26,264 bases of DNA, from positions 1-26,264 of IMG/VR virus record IMGVR_UViG_3300005758_000048. One strand, 5' to 3'. The position numbers and the translations under genes are program-made. This document shows, one piece after another, positions 6,285 through 14,246 of the stretch. Each line of letters opens with the position of its first letter. The first letter of the stretch is position 1. Source of the stretch: a virus (lineage: Duplodnaviria > Caudoviricetes). The notes beneath the pieces are model-generated. The model was not told the origin of the DNA, did not search any database, and worked only from the letters and a program-made list of their open reading frames with translations.

Positions 6285-7028
6285 TCAAACCTGCACCGGC
6301 TCCAGCCGCACCCGAGCTCCCAGAATCCCCGCGGTGCACCCGTAGAGAGTGAGCGAGGGAAAAACGAACACCCCCGACCTGTAGACGTCGGCTGGCAACT
6401 CCGCGGCCTGCTGTGCGTCATACGTCTGATAAAGCGGGTATTCCCGCCACGGCGGGTTCGGCGTCACGATTGCCACGCGGCTGGGGGCGGTCACTGGAAA
6501 CATCGACCAGCGTTTCAGGTCGTCGCCGGGAGTAATCCACGGCCGGCCGTCTGGCGAATCATAAGGACGGTCTGGTGGCTCAACGAAAATCGCGCCCGGC
6601 GGTCGGTAGTCGTTGCAGATGATGGTCCATTCATTGCCCACCCATTTACAATGTTCGTGACCCGAGCCGTAATAGTAAAAGCCCTCGTTAAGCGTCGGTG
6701 GTCCGTCGGTGTTTCGCACGTGACAAAAACGCCAGTTCATCATATCGGCGAAAACCTGTTCGCCTTTAGTCTCACCATACGCGGCCTTAAGTTGCTGCAG
6801 CAGGTCATAATCCAGCCAGCTTATGCCGCCAACGGTCTGCAATACGCGGCGGCAGATGTCCTGAATCTGGTCGCCGAAATAAACTGCAAATGCATACGGT
6901 ATGCCGATAGCATCGAACGCCCCGCGGTTTGCCAGCAAATTGAACGGCGCTCGAGCCTCATCCAGCGGCCCCGGGTATCGCCACCCCGGCATTGGATTCC
7001 ACGGGTTGCCGATAGCCGAGGGATTCAT
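6285..7028 (-). CDS. Hypothetical Trp/Pro/Tyr-rich protein, last gene of the late operon
   Basis: Open frame of about 247 aa from MNPSAIGNPW; start uncertain; no motif recognised. Confidence 0.65.
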   Translation of the reverse strand: MNPSAIGNPWNPMPGWRYPGPLDEARAPFNLLANRGAFDAIGIPYAFAVYFGDQIQDICRRVLQTVGGISWLDYDLLQQLKAAYGETKGEQVFADMMNWRFCHVRNTDGPPTLNEGFYYYGSGHEHCKWVGNEWTIICNDYRPPGAIFVEPPDRPYDSPDGRPWITPGDDLKRWSMFPVTAPSRVAIVTPNPPWREYPLYQTYDAQQAAELPADVYRSGVFVFPSLTLYGCTAGILGARVRLEPVQV

Positions 7029-7758
7029 AGAGACGCTCCGTGTAAGGATCCAGTTTGGGCGTGATTGATTCGACAGGTTCGGAGGTTCGCTGAAATCGCG
7101 AGTACCACCCAGTATCGCTGGGACCGGTGGCGAGCGACTGCCCGTGGAAGTGGCCGGTGTGCCAACGGAAGACGTATTGCAGCGGCCCCAGCAAAGCCGG
7201 GTCAACCGTGCGGCCGTGCGTCGCGAAATGACTCAACATCTGCTGGTCAAAATTGGCGGCATGACTGAGTGGCCATCCGCCCACCTGTTCCCAGTATTCG
7301 CGGCGGAATGCGATCGATCCGTGAAACCGGCCGTCGGCCTGCTCAACGCGGTATTCGCCGATCCGGCATTGATAATCAGATAGTACCCGAGACGGCTTGC
7401 TGAAGTCACCATCGCGCAAAGCTTGAGCGTGGTTGATGGTGTGCAGCGGCAGGAACGAATCATCATCCTCCGCCACAATAATGATCTCGCTTTCGCACAG
7501 CCCCGCCAGTGCGTTGAATTTTGCGGGAAGGCTCGCGAACCGCTTCCGGATTGAGATGATTTCCCAGCGATCTCCGGCGGGCTGCGTAGGATATTGGCCA
7601 ACGTCGTCGAGAATCAGCAGTCGGAGCTTATCGGCTGGGTACTGCTGAGCCTGGAAGCAAGCGATCAGGTTCGCCAGCGTCTGGGGTCGGCAGTAGGTTG
7701 GCGTGATCCATGTTACGGTTGGTAAATCGCTCTGAGTTTGTCCGTCCAGTGTGTGCAT
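6958..7758 (-). CDS. Glycosyltransferase, GT-A fold (GT2-like)
   Basis: VTWITPTYCRP, LLILDD, IIIVAEDDDSF (DxD), EQVGGWP, YVFRW. Confidence 0.88.
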   Translation of the reverse strand: MHTLDGQTQSDLPTVTWITPTYCRPQTLANLIACFQAQQYPADKLRLLILDDVGQYPTQPAGDRWEIISIRKRFASLPAKFNALAGLCESEIIIVAEDDDSFLPLHTINHAQALRDGDFSKPSRVLSDYQCRIGEYRVEQADGRFHGSIAFRREYWEQVGGWPLSHAANFDQQMLSHFATHGRTVDPALLGPLQYVFRWHTGHFHGQSLATGPSDTGWYSRFQRTSEPVESITPKLDPYTERLYESLGYRQPVESNAGVAIPGAAG

Positions 7759-8357
7759 GGGATGTGGTCCTGTGTGGTGAGATTGTGCCGGTAATCGTTC
7801 GGCGGATTCATCGGGTCGATATACCACGGCAGATGTTTTGCCTGAAGTCCACCGTGGCGAATTGATGGTCCGTAACCGCCCCAAGTTGGAACGGTATATA
7901 CGGCTAACGTCGTGTCGATATCGGCGGCGTATAGGTTGCCGTCGATAGGCTTAGCCCAAAACTGCGATTCGTGATCGCGCACCTGTCGCGTGATCTCATT
8001 GTCCGGCAGTCCATCGAGTGACAGAGCGGCCCCGACTTTGGTGAATTCGGGGCGCGATTCGGCGATCTCACGCAGTTGCAGCAGCCCATCAGGCGGCCAG
8101 CCCTCGATGGACAAATCGCCGTCGGTCACCACGTATGGAACCACCGGCTGGAATGCAGCCCAGGCAGCACGGCAACCGAGGTTCGGCGCGAGGTGCACTT
8201 TGATCCATCGCGGCAGCTTCGCATATCTGCGGAAAAGCGGTTGGTAAGTGCTTCCGCAGTCGATAACTGTGAGTGAGTGGACGCCTCGCTGATCTGCCAA
8301 TTGGCAAGCAAGATCCGCGGCACAGAGCAGGTTTCGTGAGGTGATGTAAACTTGCAT
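7713..8357 (-). CDS. Glycosyltransferase, GT-A fold (GT2-like)
   Basis: VIDCGSTYQPL, NLG, YVVTDGD (DxD), ADIDTTLAVY, AKHLPWY. Confidence 0.8.
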   Translation of the reverse strand: MQVYITSRNLLCAADLACQLADQRGVHSLTVIDCGSTYQPLFRRYAKLPRWIKVHLAPNLGCRAAWAAFQPVVPYVVTDGDLSIEGWPPDGLLQLREIAESRPEFTKVGAALSLDGLPDNEITRQVRDHESQFWAKPIDGNLYAADIDTTLAVYTVPTWGGYGPSIRHGGLQAKHLPWYIDPMNPPNDYRHNLTTQDHIPCTHWTDKLRAIYQP

Positions 8358-8363
8358 GGTCGA

Positions 8364-9308
8364 TCAGATAAAGCAGGAGACTGGCGGATAAGTTTCCGGC
8401 ATTCGGGCGAGCGTGTCGAATTGCAGGGCTGTGAGTCGCCCATCGCGCGATTCAGGGCGCCCGGTGTCCTCATTGATGCCCTCGACATAATGGCGGCGGA
8501 GGCGGTCCAGTGGAATGCCAAGCTCCTGATGTCCGAGGATGTAATTGCGCACTTTGCCGTGAAGGGACAGAGGCGATTTTCTGCCACCTTCAGGGTCCCC
8601 AAAGCGGTGTTGCCATCGCAGCATCGGCAGGCAGAGACAGCGATGTCCGGCCTGCCGAAATTTCGTGTGGATGTAGAATTCCTCGCCACCAAATTCTCTG
8701 AAATACGGGTTGAATTTCAGCCAGGCATCGCGGCGGCAGCAGAACAATCCGAGACCCATTGCGGGGATCTCAAACTCACCGCCGAAATCGGCATGTTCCC
8801 CGCGCGGGTCGTGTCCCCAGATGCCCCACATACCATCACGCCAGACGTCGTCAAACTGCGTCAGGATTCCGCGGTGGCTGTCCAGCATCATCGGGCCGGA
8901 AATGAGGTCCGACGAATCGGGGCAGCGGTCCATGTAGTCAAAGAGTGTGGGCAGGGCCATCGGGTGCAACAGGACGTGCGAATCCATCACCAAAACCCAG
9001 TCCGCGGCAGCCTCATCGAAAATCTTCTGTCGAGGTGCAGCTGTGCCCTCAACTTCGCCGAACGGAATCCATCGGGCGGAGTGTGGGGCCAGCGTGTCCC
9101 CCGGCTTCGGGGCCGATCGTCCAGCGTTGATGTGGCCGATGAGCCCCTGTGCTCGCTGCCCCGCACGTGAATCGGGGGCGTTGTCCACCACGATCAGCTC
9201 ACACTCGCTGACGTTGGGGACGTACATGCGGAGAGCGTTGAGCGAAAAGTAGAGCCCGTCGAAATCGTTGTGGGTTGCGATGCCGATTGTGAGACGCGGT
9301 TTTGTCAT
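8364..9308 (-). CDS. GT-A glycosyltransferase with polypeptide GalNAc-transferase (GT27)-like motifs
   Basis: LIVVDN, VLVMDSH (DxH), IPAMGLGLF, FGGEE, RWQHRF parallel the ppGalNAc-T motifs DSH, PTMAGGLF, WGGEN, RVGHVF. Start MTKPRL at 9308 by ATGA overlap. Confidence 0.85.
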   Translation of the reverse strand: MTKPRLTIGIATHNDFDGLYFSLNALRMYVPNVSECELIVVDNAPDSRAGQRAQGLIGHINAGRSAPKPGDTLAPHSARWIPFGEVEGTAAPRQKIFDEAAADWVLVMDSHVLLHPMALPTLFDYMDRCPDSSDLISGPMMLDSHRGILTQFDDVWRDGMWGIWGHDPRGEHADFGGEFEIPAMGLGLFCCRRDAWLKFNPYFREFGGEEFYIHTKFRQAGHRCLCLPMLRWQHRFGDPEGGRKSPLSLHGKVRNYILGHQELGIPLDRLRRHYVEGINEDTGRPESRDGRLTALQFDTLARMPETYPPVSCFI

Positions 9309-10342
9309 GGTCCCTCTTGTGGTGATCTGGTGGTTGTGGTGGTCGGTTCGCCGGTTGTGGTTGTTGTTGTGGGTGCGGCCGTGGTCGTTGTGGTCGCCCC
9401 CGGATCTGGCGTTGTCGTGGTTGTCGGTGCGGGCGTCGATGTGGTGGTGACGACTGGCGGGCCGGGCGTTGTTGTGGTGGTCGGCCCCGGCGTGGTGGTC
9501 GTTGTTGGTCCCGGGGTTGTCGTGGTCGTCGGCCCCGGGGTTGTAGTCGTTGTCGGAGGTGCGGGCGTCGTGGTTGTTGTGCTGGTCGTTGTGGTCGGTG
9601 CGGGCGTTGTGGTAGTCGGCTCCGGATAGATCGGCTCGCCACGATACCATTCATAAATCCGCGGCTCAACCACGCCAACCATGAGCCCGATTCCCTGAGT
9701 ATACCAGCCCAATGCCAGAGCCCCGACGGCGATTCGTGGCGCGGTCGTTCGATTGGTCAAAGCCCAGCAGCGGAACACGTCGTTGACGGCGGCGAGCGGG
9801 CTTTCGGAGACTCTGAGAACCAGCGTGTCGAAATTGCCCTGAGTGAGCGGTACGGCTTCGAGTTCGGGGATCCGTTCGGGGAGCGACACAAACCAGCGGC
9901 CGGGGTACCACGTTTGCCCTGTGCCGGTTGGCGTCCGCTCGCTGATTGCCCCGCCGGTGACTTTGCAAATGTCCCGCAGCCCAGGCGGTAGAGCGGCGCG
10001 GAATGTCAAAGCCGAGGCACTGAATGGGATCGGCTCCGACTGCACCCCGCGCCAACTCACGCGGAAGGTGCCAGACTCGACGAGGCCGGTCTGGTATGCG
10101 GCCGGATAGCCGATCAGGCAGACGTCATAGGAATACGGGTAAAGCGGGTCAATCGCCATCGGGCAGTATCGGCCCTCAGTCCATCCCTGCGGCGCCTGCA
10201 GCAGCATCATCGGGACAGCTTGCCCGCCGGTTGGTGCGGCGTATTGTGGCTGTCCTCCGGATTGTCTCCGCCACCAGTCGCAGAGTTCATTGAACGTGCG
10301 CCGATCCTGCTCTTCAATTGCATAAAAATCGGCGTTCGCCAT
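9305..10342 (-). CDS. Putative tail-associated protein with C-terminal mucin-like Thr/Pro domain
   Basis: 345 aa; GTFRVSWRG..SEPIPFSASA module shared with the upstream tail protein; the last ~100 aa are PTTTTT repeats. Confidence 0.8.
   Translation of the reverse strand: MANADFYAIEEQDRRTFNELCDWWRRQSGGQPQYAAPTGGQAVPMMLLQAPQGWTEGRYCPMAIDPLYPYSYDVCLIGYPAAYQTGLVESGTFRVSWRGVQSEPIPFSASALTFRAALPPGLRDICKVTGGAISERTPTGTGQTWYPGRWFVSLPERIPELEAVPLTQGNFDTLVLRVSESPLAAVNDVFRCWALTNRTTAPRIAVGALALGWYTQGIGLMVGVVEPRIYEWYRGEPIYPEPTTTTPAPTTTTSTTTTTPAPPTTTTTPGPTTTTTPGPTTTTTPGPTTTTTPGPPVVTTTSTPAPTTTTTPDPGATTTTTAAPTTTTTTGEPTTTTTRSPQEGP
9329..9619 (-). repeat. Coding Thr/Pro repeat including (TTTTTPGP)x4
   Basis: ACN-rich tract with synonymous codon variation between units. 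Confidence 0.92.
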
Positions 10343-10345
10343 GCT

Positions 10346-13219
10346 TCACCCGCGGATGCCAACGTTACCGGAGACTGACAGATTGCGGGTCAATAACCTG
10401 CCACCTGTCTTGATGATTTCTGTTGCAGACACATTGCCGCAAACAACGGTCCCGGAGTTCTGCGTGATTCGTCCGACGGTCGATGTCTCTTCGTCGAATG
10501 TCGCAATCCCCAGCTCACCAGAGACGGCTTCGATATCGAGCGTTGAGACGGCGGAGAGAACACACAAGGCCTGCCGGTCGAGTTCCGCGGTGGTCGATGT
10601 CCGCAACAGTCGCAGAGTACCAGCGGAGCGGCCGAAATCAAGACGAATCAGAGATGATCCGCGGCCAACTCCTGCGCCAATTTCGCAAAGGCCACCGGAG
10701 GCCAGTCCGATCTTGAGATATCGCGGCCGGTATTCGACAAAATTGGTGGCACGTTCCTCGCGTCCGAGGTCGTCGGCAAATTGCGAGGTGATCCGGATTG
10801 CAGACGCCAACAGCCCGCAATAATGCGTCCCGGTCCCCGCAGATGTGATCGTGATCGGGGATCCGCCAGCAGCCGCAGAAAGCTGGAATGTGCCGTCCTC
10901 ATTGTCTGCGTCGAGCACGTAATAGGTCACACCAGCGGACAGCCCGCCGGGGAGCGTGGTTGATGTCGTCAGCCGCACCTGCTGACCGTTCCGGAAATCG
11001 TGCCCACCAATTGCCTGAAGGCGTGTGAGCAAATTCGGCGGCTGGCTGGTGGTTGTGCTGCTGGTAGTGCTCGTGGTCGTGGTCGGCTGCGGCGTGAATG
11101 TCGCGAGCGTCTGCACCTGCACCCATTGCCGGAGACCGTAGACGATGTCACCGTCTGAGCCGTCGATAACCACTTCGTCCGTCGCGGCGGGAAGGCGTCC
11201 CAGTGACCAGTTCGCGGGATCCGCCCAGTTCCGCGGCCCGGTCGCCTGCTGAGTGGCGTCGACTGTGTCGGCGGTGATCGTGTCGAGGTTATTGGCGGCG
11301 AGCGCGAAAACCGGAAGCAGCTTGTTTGCGAGAGCCGAGGTGAACGTGATTTCGTAGGACTGCGCGGCCGAATTGTAGGTCACGATCAGGTTGTCAGCGT
11401 TGCCGATTGCAGGCAGTGCAGCCAGCAGCGTTCGCAGGCTTGCGGCGCTGGTGTTAAGTGGAACAACAACCGGCCCCTGCTGCCCCATGTTGAGCGAGAA
11501 TGAGCCAGCCACAGCGTTGCTGCTGATGGTGATTTCGGCGGTCTGCGTGCGGCCCTGAATCGCACCCACCAGCGTCCCAGCTGAGCCAATTCCGTAGCCA
11601 CCGATTGCCACATTCAAACTTGTCGGAAGCGGCCGGGATTTCAGCGCGGTCGTGTATGTGATTTCCCATGGACTGCCCGGCGTGCCGGATCCGGAAACCG
11701 ACAGCCCAGAGTCAATGAGCGAATCGAGCAGGCCTTCAATCGTCGCAGCCGAGGCGTTCCATGCAATGGCTGCGGTCGTGCCTTCTGGAAACACAAGCTG
11801 GAAAGTTCCGCTGCTGCTTTTTGCGGGCAGCCAGACGCGATGGATTGCAGCTGCGGCGGCGCTGCCAGGCTGGTTGATGAGTCGGAGCGTACCAGTGCCA
11901 CCAGTCTGGCGGAGTGAGGGACCAATTCCCGCGCCGGTCAGATTTGCGGCGTTGTCGATGATGTGGAAGATCTGCGGATGAAAGAATGAAAACGGTGCGT
12001 AAGTCGCATCACCCCAGTTTGCGACATGGCCGGGCGAGTCAATTTGGCGACCGACAGAAGCGCGAAAATCCGCGAAATTGCTGATGTCGTTCAGCGAATT
12101 GACGACGGCCCCGACAGCATTTTGGTATGTGGTGTGCTGCGCGGTGTTGCTGTAGTCTGGCTGAATGTTGCCGAAAGAATTGGTGATGGTGAGCGGCTGG
12201 CCTTCGTATTCCAGCGTAATTGAATTACCCGTTGTAAAGTCGAGGATGTAGTGCGCTGGGTAGCCGGCGCTGCTTTCATTGATTGCAAATGCCGATGTTG
12301 TCAGAAGCGCGGTTGTCGGATTGTTCAGGATTTTAAGAGCCGATCCGCCACCGGATGTGATGCTGATCGTCGGCCTGCTGGAAGCACTGTAACCCGCGAA
12401 GTCGAGAATGTAATGACTGCGAGCGATGCCCGCGCCAGACGCCAGAAATCCACCGTAGACTTCGACGGCGTTGGTTGCGAGCGACTTAACCAACTGCCGC
12501 GTTTCCTCCAGTCCCGCGTCGCTCCGCAGTGATGCTGAGTTGCCGTCGATGGTGAGCGTGATGATGTCGTTTTGCTCAATGCCCAGCATCCAAACATCAT
12601 GCGGCCCGGGTGTATATGCTCGCTTCTGGTCGATGAAAATTGTGGTGCCGTTGCGGAGATTGGTCGCGTCCATCACAACAGAGACCGGCGTGGCGGCCAG
12701 CGTCCCCGTAAACTCGATCAGCACGGCATTGGGCGACTGTGAGCGAACGATTGCATCCCCGGCAGTCCATCCACTCAGGGCGTTGATTTTGCTGATGAGG
12801 TCGGTTGGGTCTCCATATGTGATTGCCCCGGTCGTCAGCCCGTTGATGGTCAGCGTGTAAGTGCCAGCACGGGCGCCTGCAAAATCCAACTCAGTGATTT
12901 GATTTTGCGGGGTGACTCCGGTTTCGTTGGTCACGGTTACCGTCGGCCGGTAGGTCAGGCTGATCTGAAAATCTTCATCGAGCGGCCCGGTGGCAATCAC
13001 GTCGCCGGAGATGTCCGCGGTAAATGCGATGCTGGCAAACTCAGGCACGCCAGAGTTGTTCAAGGTGCTGACGATGCCCGCAGCGTTCCATTCAGGGAAT
13101 GTGAAAACGCGAGTGCCACAGCGAATTTCAGCCTGCACTATGCCGCTTCCGCCTGGCGAAATCAGTCGCAGAATTTTCTGAGCCGGTGTCGCATCGCCCC
13201 TGAATTTATTGATTGCCAT
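10346..13219 (-). CDS. Large tail/adhesin-like structural protein
   Basis: 957 aa, G/S/T/A-rich. Repeated G(T/S)(F/Y).L......T..I.(W/Y)...A module, RNWADPANWSLGRLP motif, a HDF.NG..V...LPGGL..G.TYYV module and an internal Thr/Ser tract; located after the tape measure gene. Confidence 0.75.
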   Translation of the reverse strand: MAINKFRGDATPAQKILRLISPGGSGIVQAEIRCGTRVFTFPEWNAAGIVSTLNNSGVPEFASIAFTADISGDVIATGPLDEDFQISLTYRPTVTVTNETGVTPQNQITELDFAGARAGTYTLTINGLTTGAITYGDPTDLISKINALSGWTAGDAIVRSQSPNAVLIEFTGTLAATPVSVVMDATNLRNGTTIFIDQKRAYTPGPHDVWMLGIEQNDIITLTIDGNSASLRSDAGLEETRQLVKSLATNAVEVYGGFLASGAGIARSHYILDFAGYSASSRPTISITSGGGSALKILNNPTTALLTTSAFAINESSAGYPAHYILDFTTGNSITLEYEGQPLTITNSFGNIQPDYSNTAQHTTYQNAVGAVVNSLNDISNFADFRASVGRQIDSPGHVANWGDATYAPFSFFHPQIFHIIDNAANLTGAGIGPSLRQTGGTGTLRLINQPGSAAAAAIHRVWLPAKSSSGTFQLVFPEGTTAAIAWNASAATIEGLLDSLIDSGLSVSGSGTPGSPWEITYTTALKSRPLPTSLNVAIGGYGIGSAGTLVGAIQGRTQTAEITISSNAVAGSFSLNMGQQGPVVVPLNTSAASLRTLLAALPAIGNADNLIVTYNSAAQSYEITFTSALANKLLPVFALAANNLDTITADTVDATQQATGPRNWADPANWSLGRLPAATDEVVIDGSDGDIVYGLRQWVQVQTLATFTPQPTTTTSTTSSTTTSQPPNLLTRLQAIGGHDFRNGQQVRLTTSTTLPGGLSAGVTYYVLDADNEDGTFQLSAAAGGSPITITSAGTGTHYCGLLASAIRITSQFADDLGREERATNFVEYRPRYLKIGLASGGLCEIGAGVGRGSSLIRLDFGRSAGTLRLLRTSTTAELDRQALCVLSAVSTLDIEAVSGELGIATFDEETSTVGRITQNSGTVVCGNVSATEIIKTGGRLLTRNLSVSGNVGIRG

Positions 13220-13232
13220 CGTGGCCAGTTCC

Positions 13233-14246
13233 TTATGTCAGCAGAAGGTTGAAATCAAGTTTTTTTGGAATCAGGTATTCGACAAAATGAAGGTCTGATT
13301 TGTCGAGCAACTCTTTAAGCACCCATTCAAACTGAGGCGTTTGGCCGGGCGGTGCCACGTTCTTATATTCGCGGATTTGCTGCCCATCTTTGTTCAGCGG
13401 GACCGGCTTTTCCACTGGCTTCCCGGTGCTGTCCAGGCAAGGGCGGCGGATGGCTTGCGTGTAGCCGATCAGGCGTGAGCCGAAGACTGGAAAAACTTCG
13501 TAAATCGGCTTTGGCGCAAAGTATTCCGTCATGCCCTGATTGAGGTACTGTTCCCGCCAAGTCGTCTCTTTGTAATGGAATGTCAGCGGCAATTCGCGGT
13601 AACGAATTTCGCGGCCGTCGATCTCAGTATACTGAGGCAGAGACAAACGGACGCCACGCATTTTCAGCGTTTCAGGCGCGGCGATGAAGCCATCCAAATC
13701 AACCGGGTCAGAGTTGACGCATTCAACCGCGAACTGCCCCAGCCATTGCGGGATATTGGTGATGTAACGAACGGCGGAAAAAATCAGGATTGGATCATTC
13801 TTCACCAGCCCGATAATCTGCTCACCAGCGGTGTTTACCAGCTGGTTTCCTTCGCCGTCGACTTCCGCCGGAGCCTCCTGAAAATCGGTGTCTACTTCCC
13901 ACTCAATCGGGCGGCGAAGTGGGTTTGGATCCTTCGAGGATCCCTCACGATTCGGCCCCGCAGTGAACACCAATTCGAGGACCGCCTGACAATGTTCTGA
14001 GTCGCCGATTTGCTTGATCTGCAAACGCTCGATGTAGTACCCGTCACCGCGATAAACACCAGGCGAAAAGTCGGGCCAAATGGAGACGGCGAGGTCTTCC
14101 GTCATGTCAGCCTCGCCGACCAGACAGATGAGATTCCACGTCTCAGTTACGCGACGCTCCGGAAGCCCGGACTGAGGAAAAGACAGTTCCCCGTCTCGGG
14201 CTTTTGCGTGCTCGCGTCTCCAGAGATTTGCCGGGTTTGTGCTCAC
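13233..14246 (-). CDS. Putative tail tip/baseplate hub protein
   Basis: 337 aa, GTGA overlap with the tape measure stop; positional inference. Confidence 0.6.
   Translation of the reverse strand: MSTNPANLWRREHAKARDGELSFPQSGLPERRVTETWNLICLVGEADMTEDLAVSIWPDFSPGVYRGDGYYIERLQIKQIGDSEHCQAVLELVFTAGPNREGSSKDPNPLRRPIEWEVDTDFQEAPAEVDGEGNQLVNTAGEQIIGLVKNDPILIFSAVRYITNIPQWLGQFAVECVNSDPVDLDGFIAAPETLKMRGVRLSLPQYTEIDGREIRYRELPLTFHYKETTWREQYLNQGMTEYFAPKPIYEVFPVFGSRLIGYTQAIRRPCLDSTGKPVEKPVPLNKDGQQIREYKNVAPPGQTPQFEWVLKELLDKSDLHFVEYLIPKKLDFNLLLT

Noticed and set aside
6958-9308. GTs as DNA hypermodification or serotype-conversion enzymes
   Set aside because: Disfavoured rather than excluded: no base-modification or GtrA/flippase-type membrane genes nearby, and the genes are coupled to Thr-rich structural genes in the late operon
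9199-9678. His/Asn/Asp-rich N-terminal extension of the GT ORF (to 9650), the Gln/Arg/Pro-rich ORF and the poly-Val + strand ORF
   Set aside because: Alternative-frame readings of the Thr repeat; third-position variation preserves only the Thr/Pro frame, and the GT fold starts at 9308
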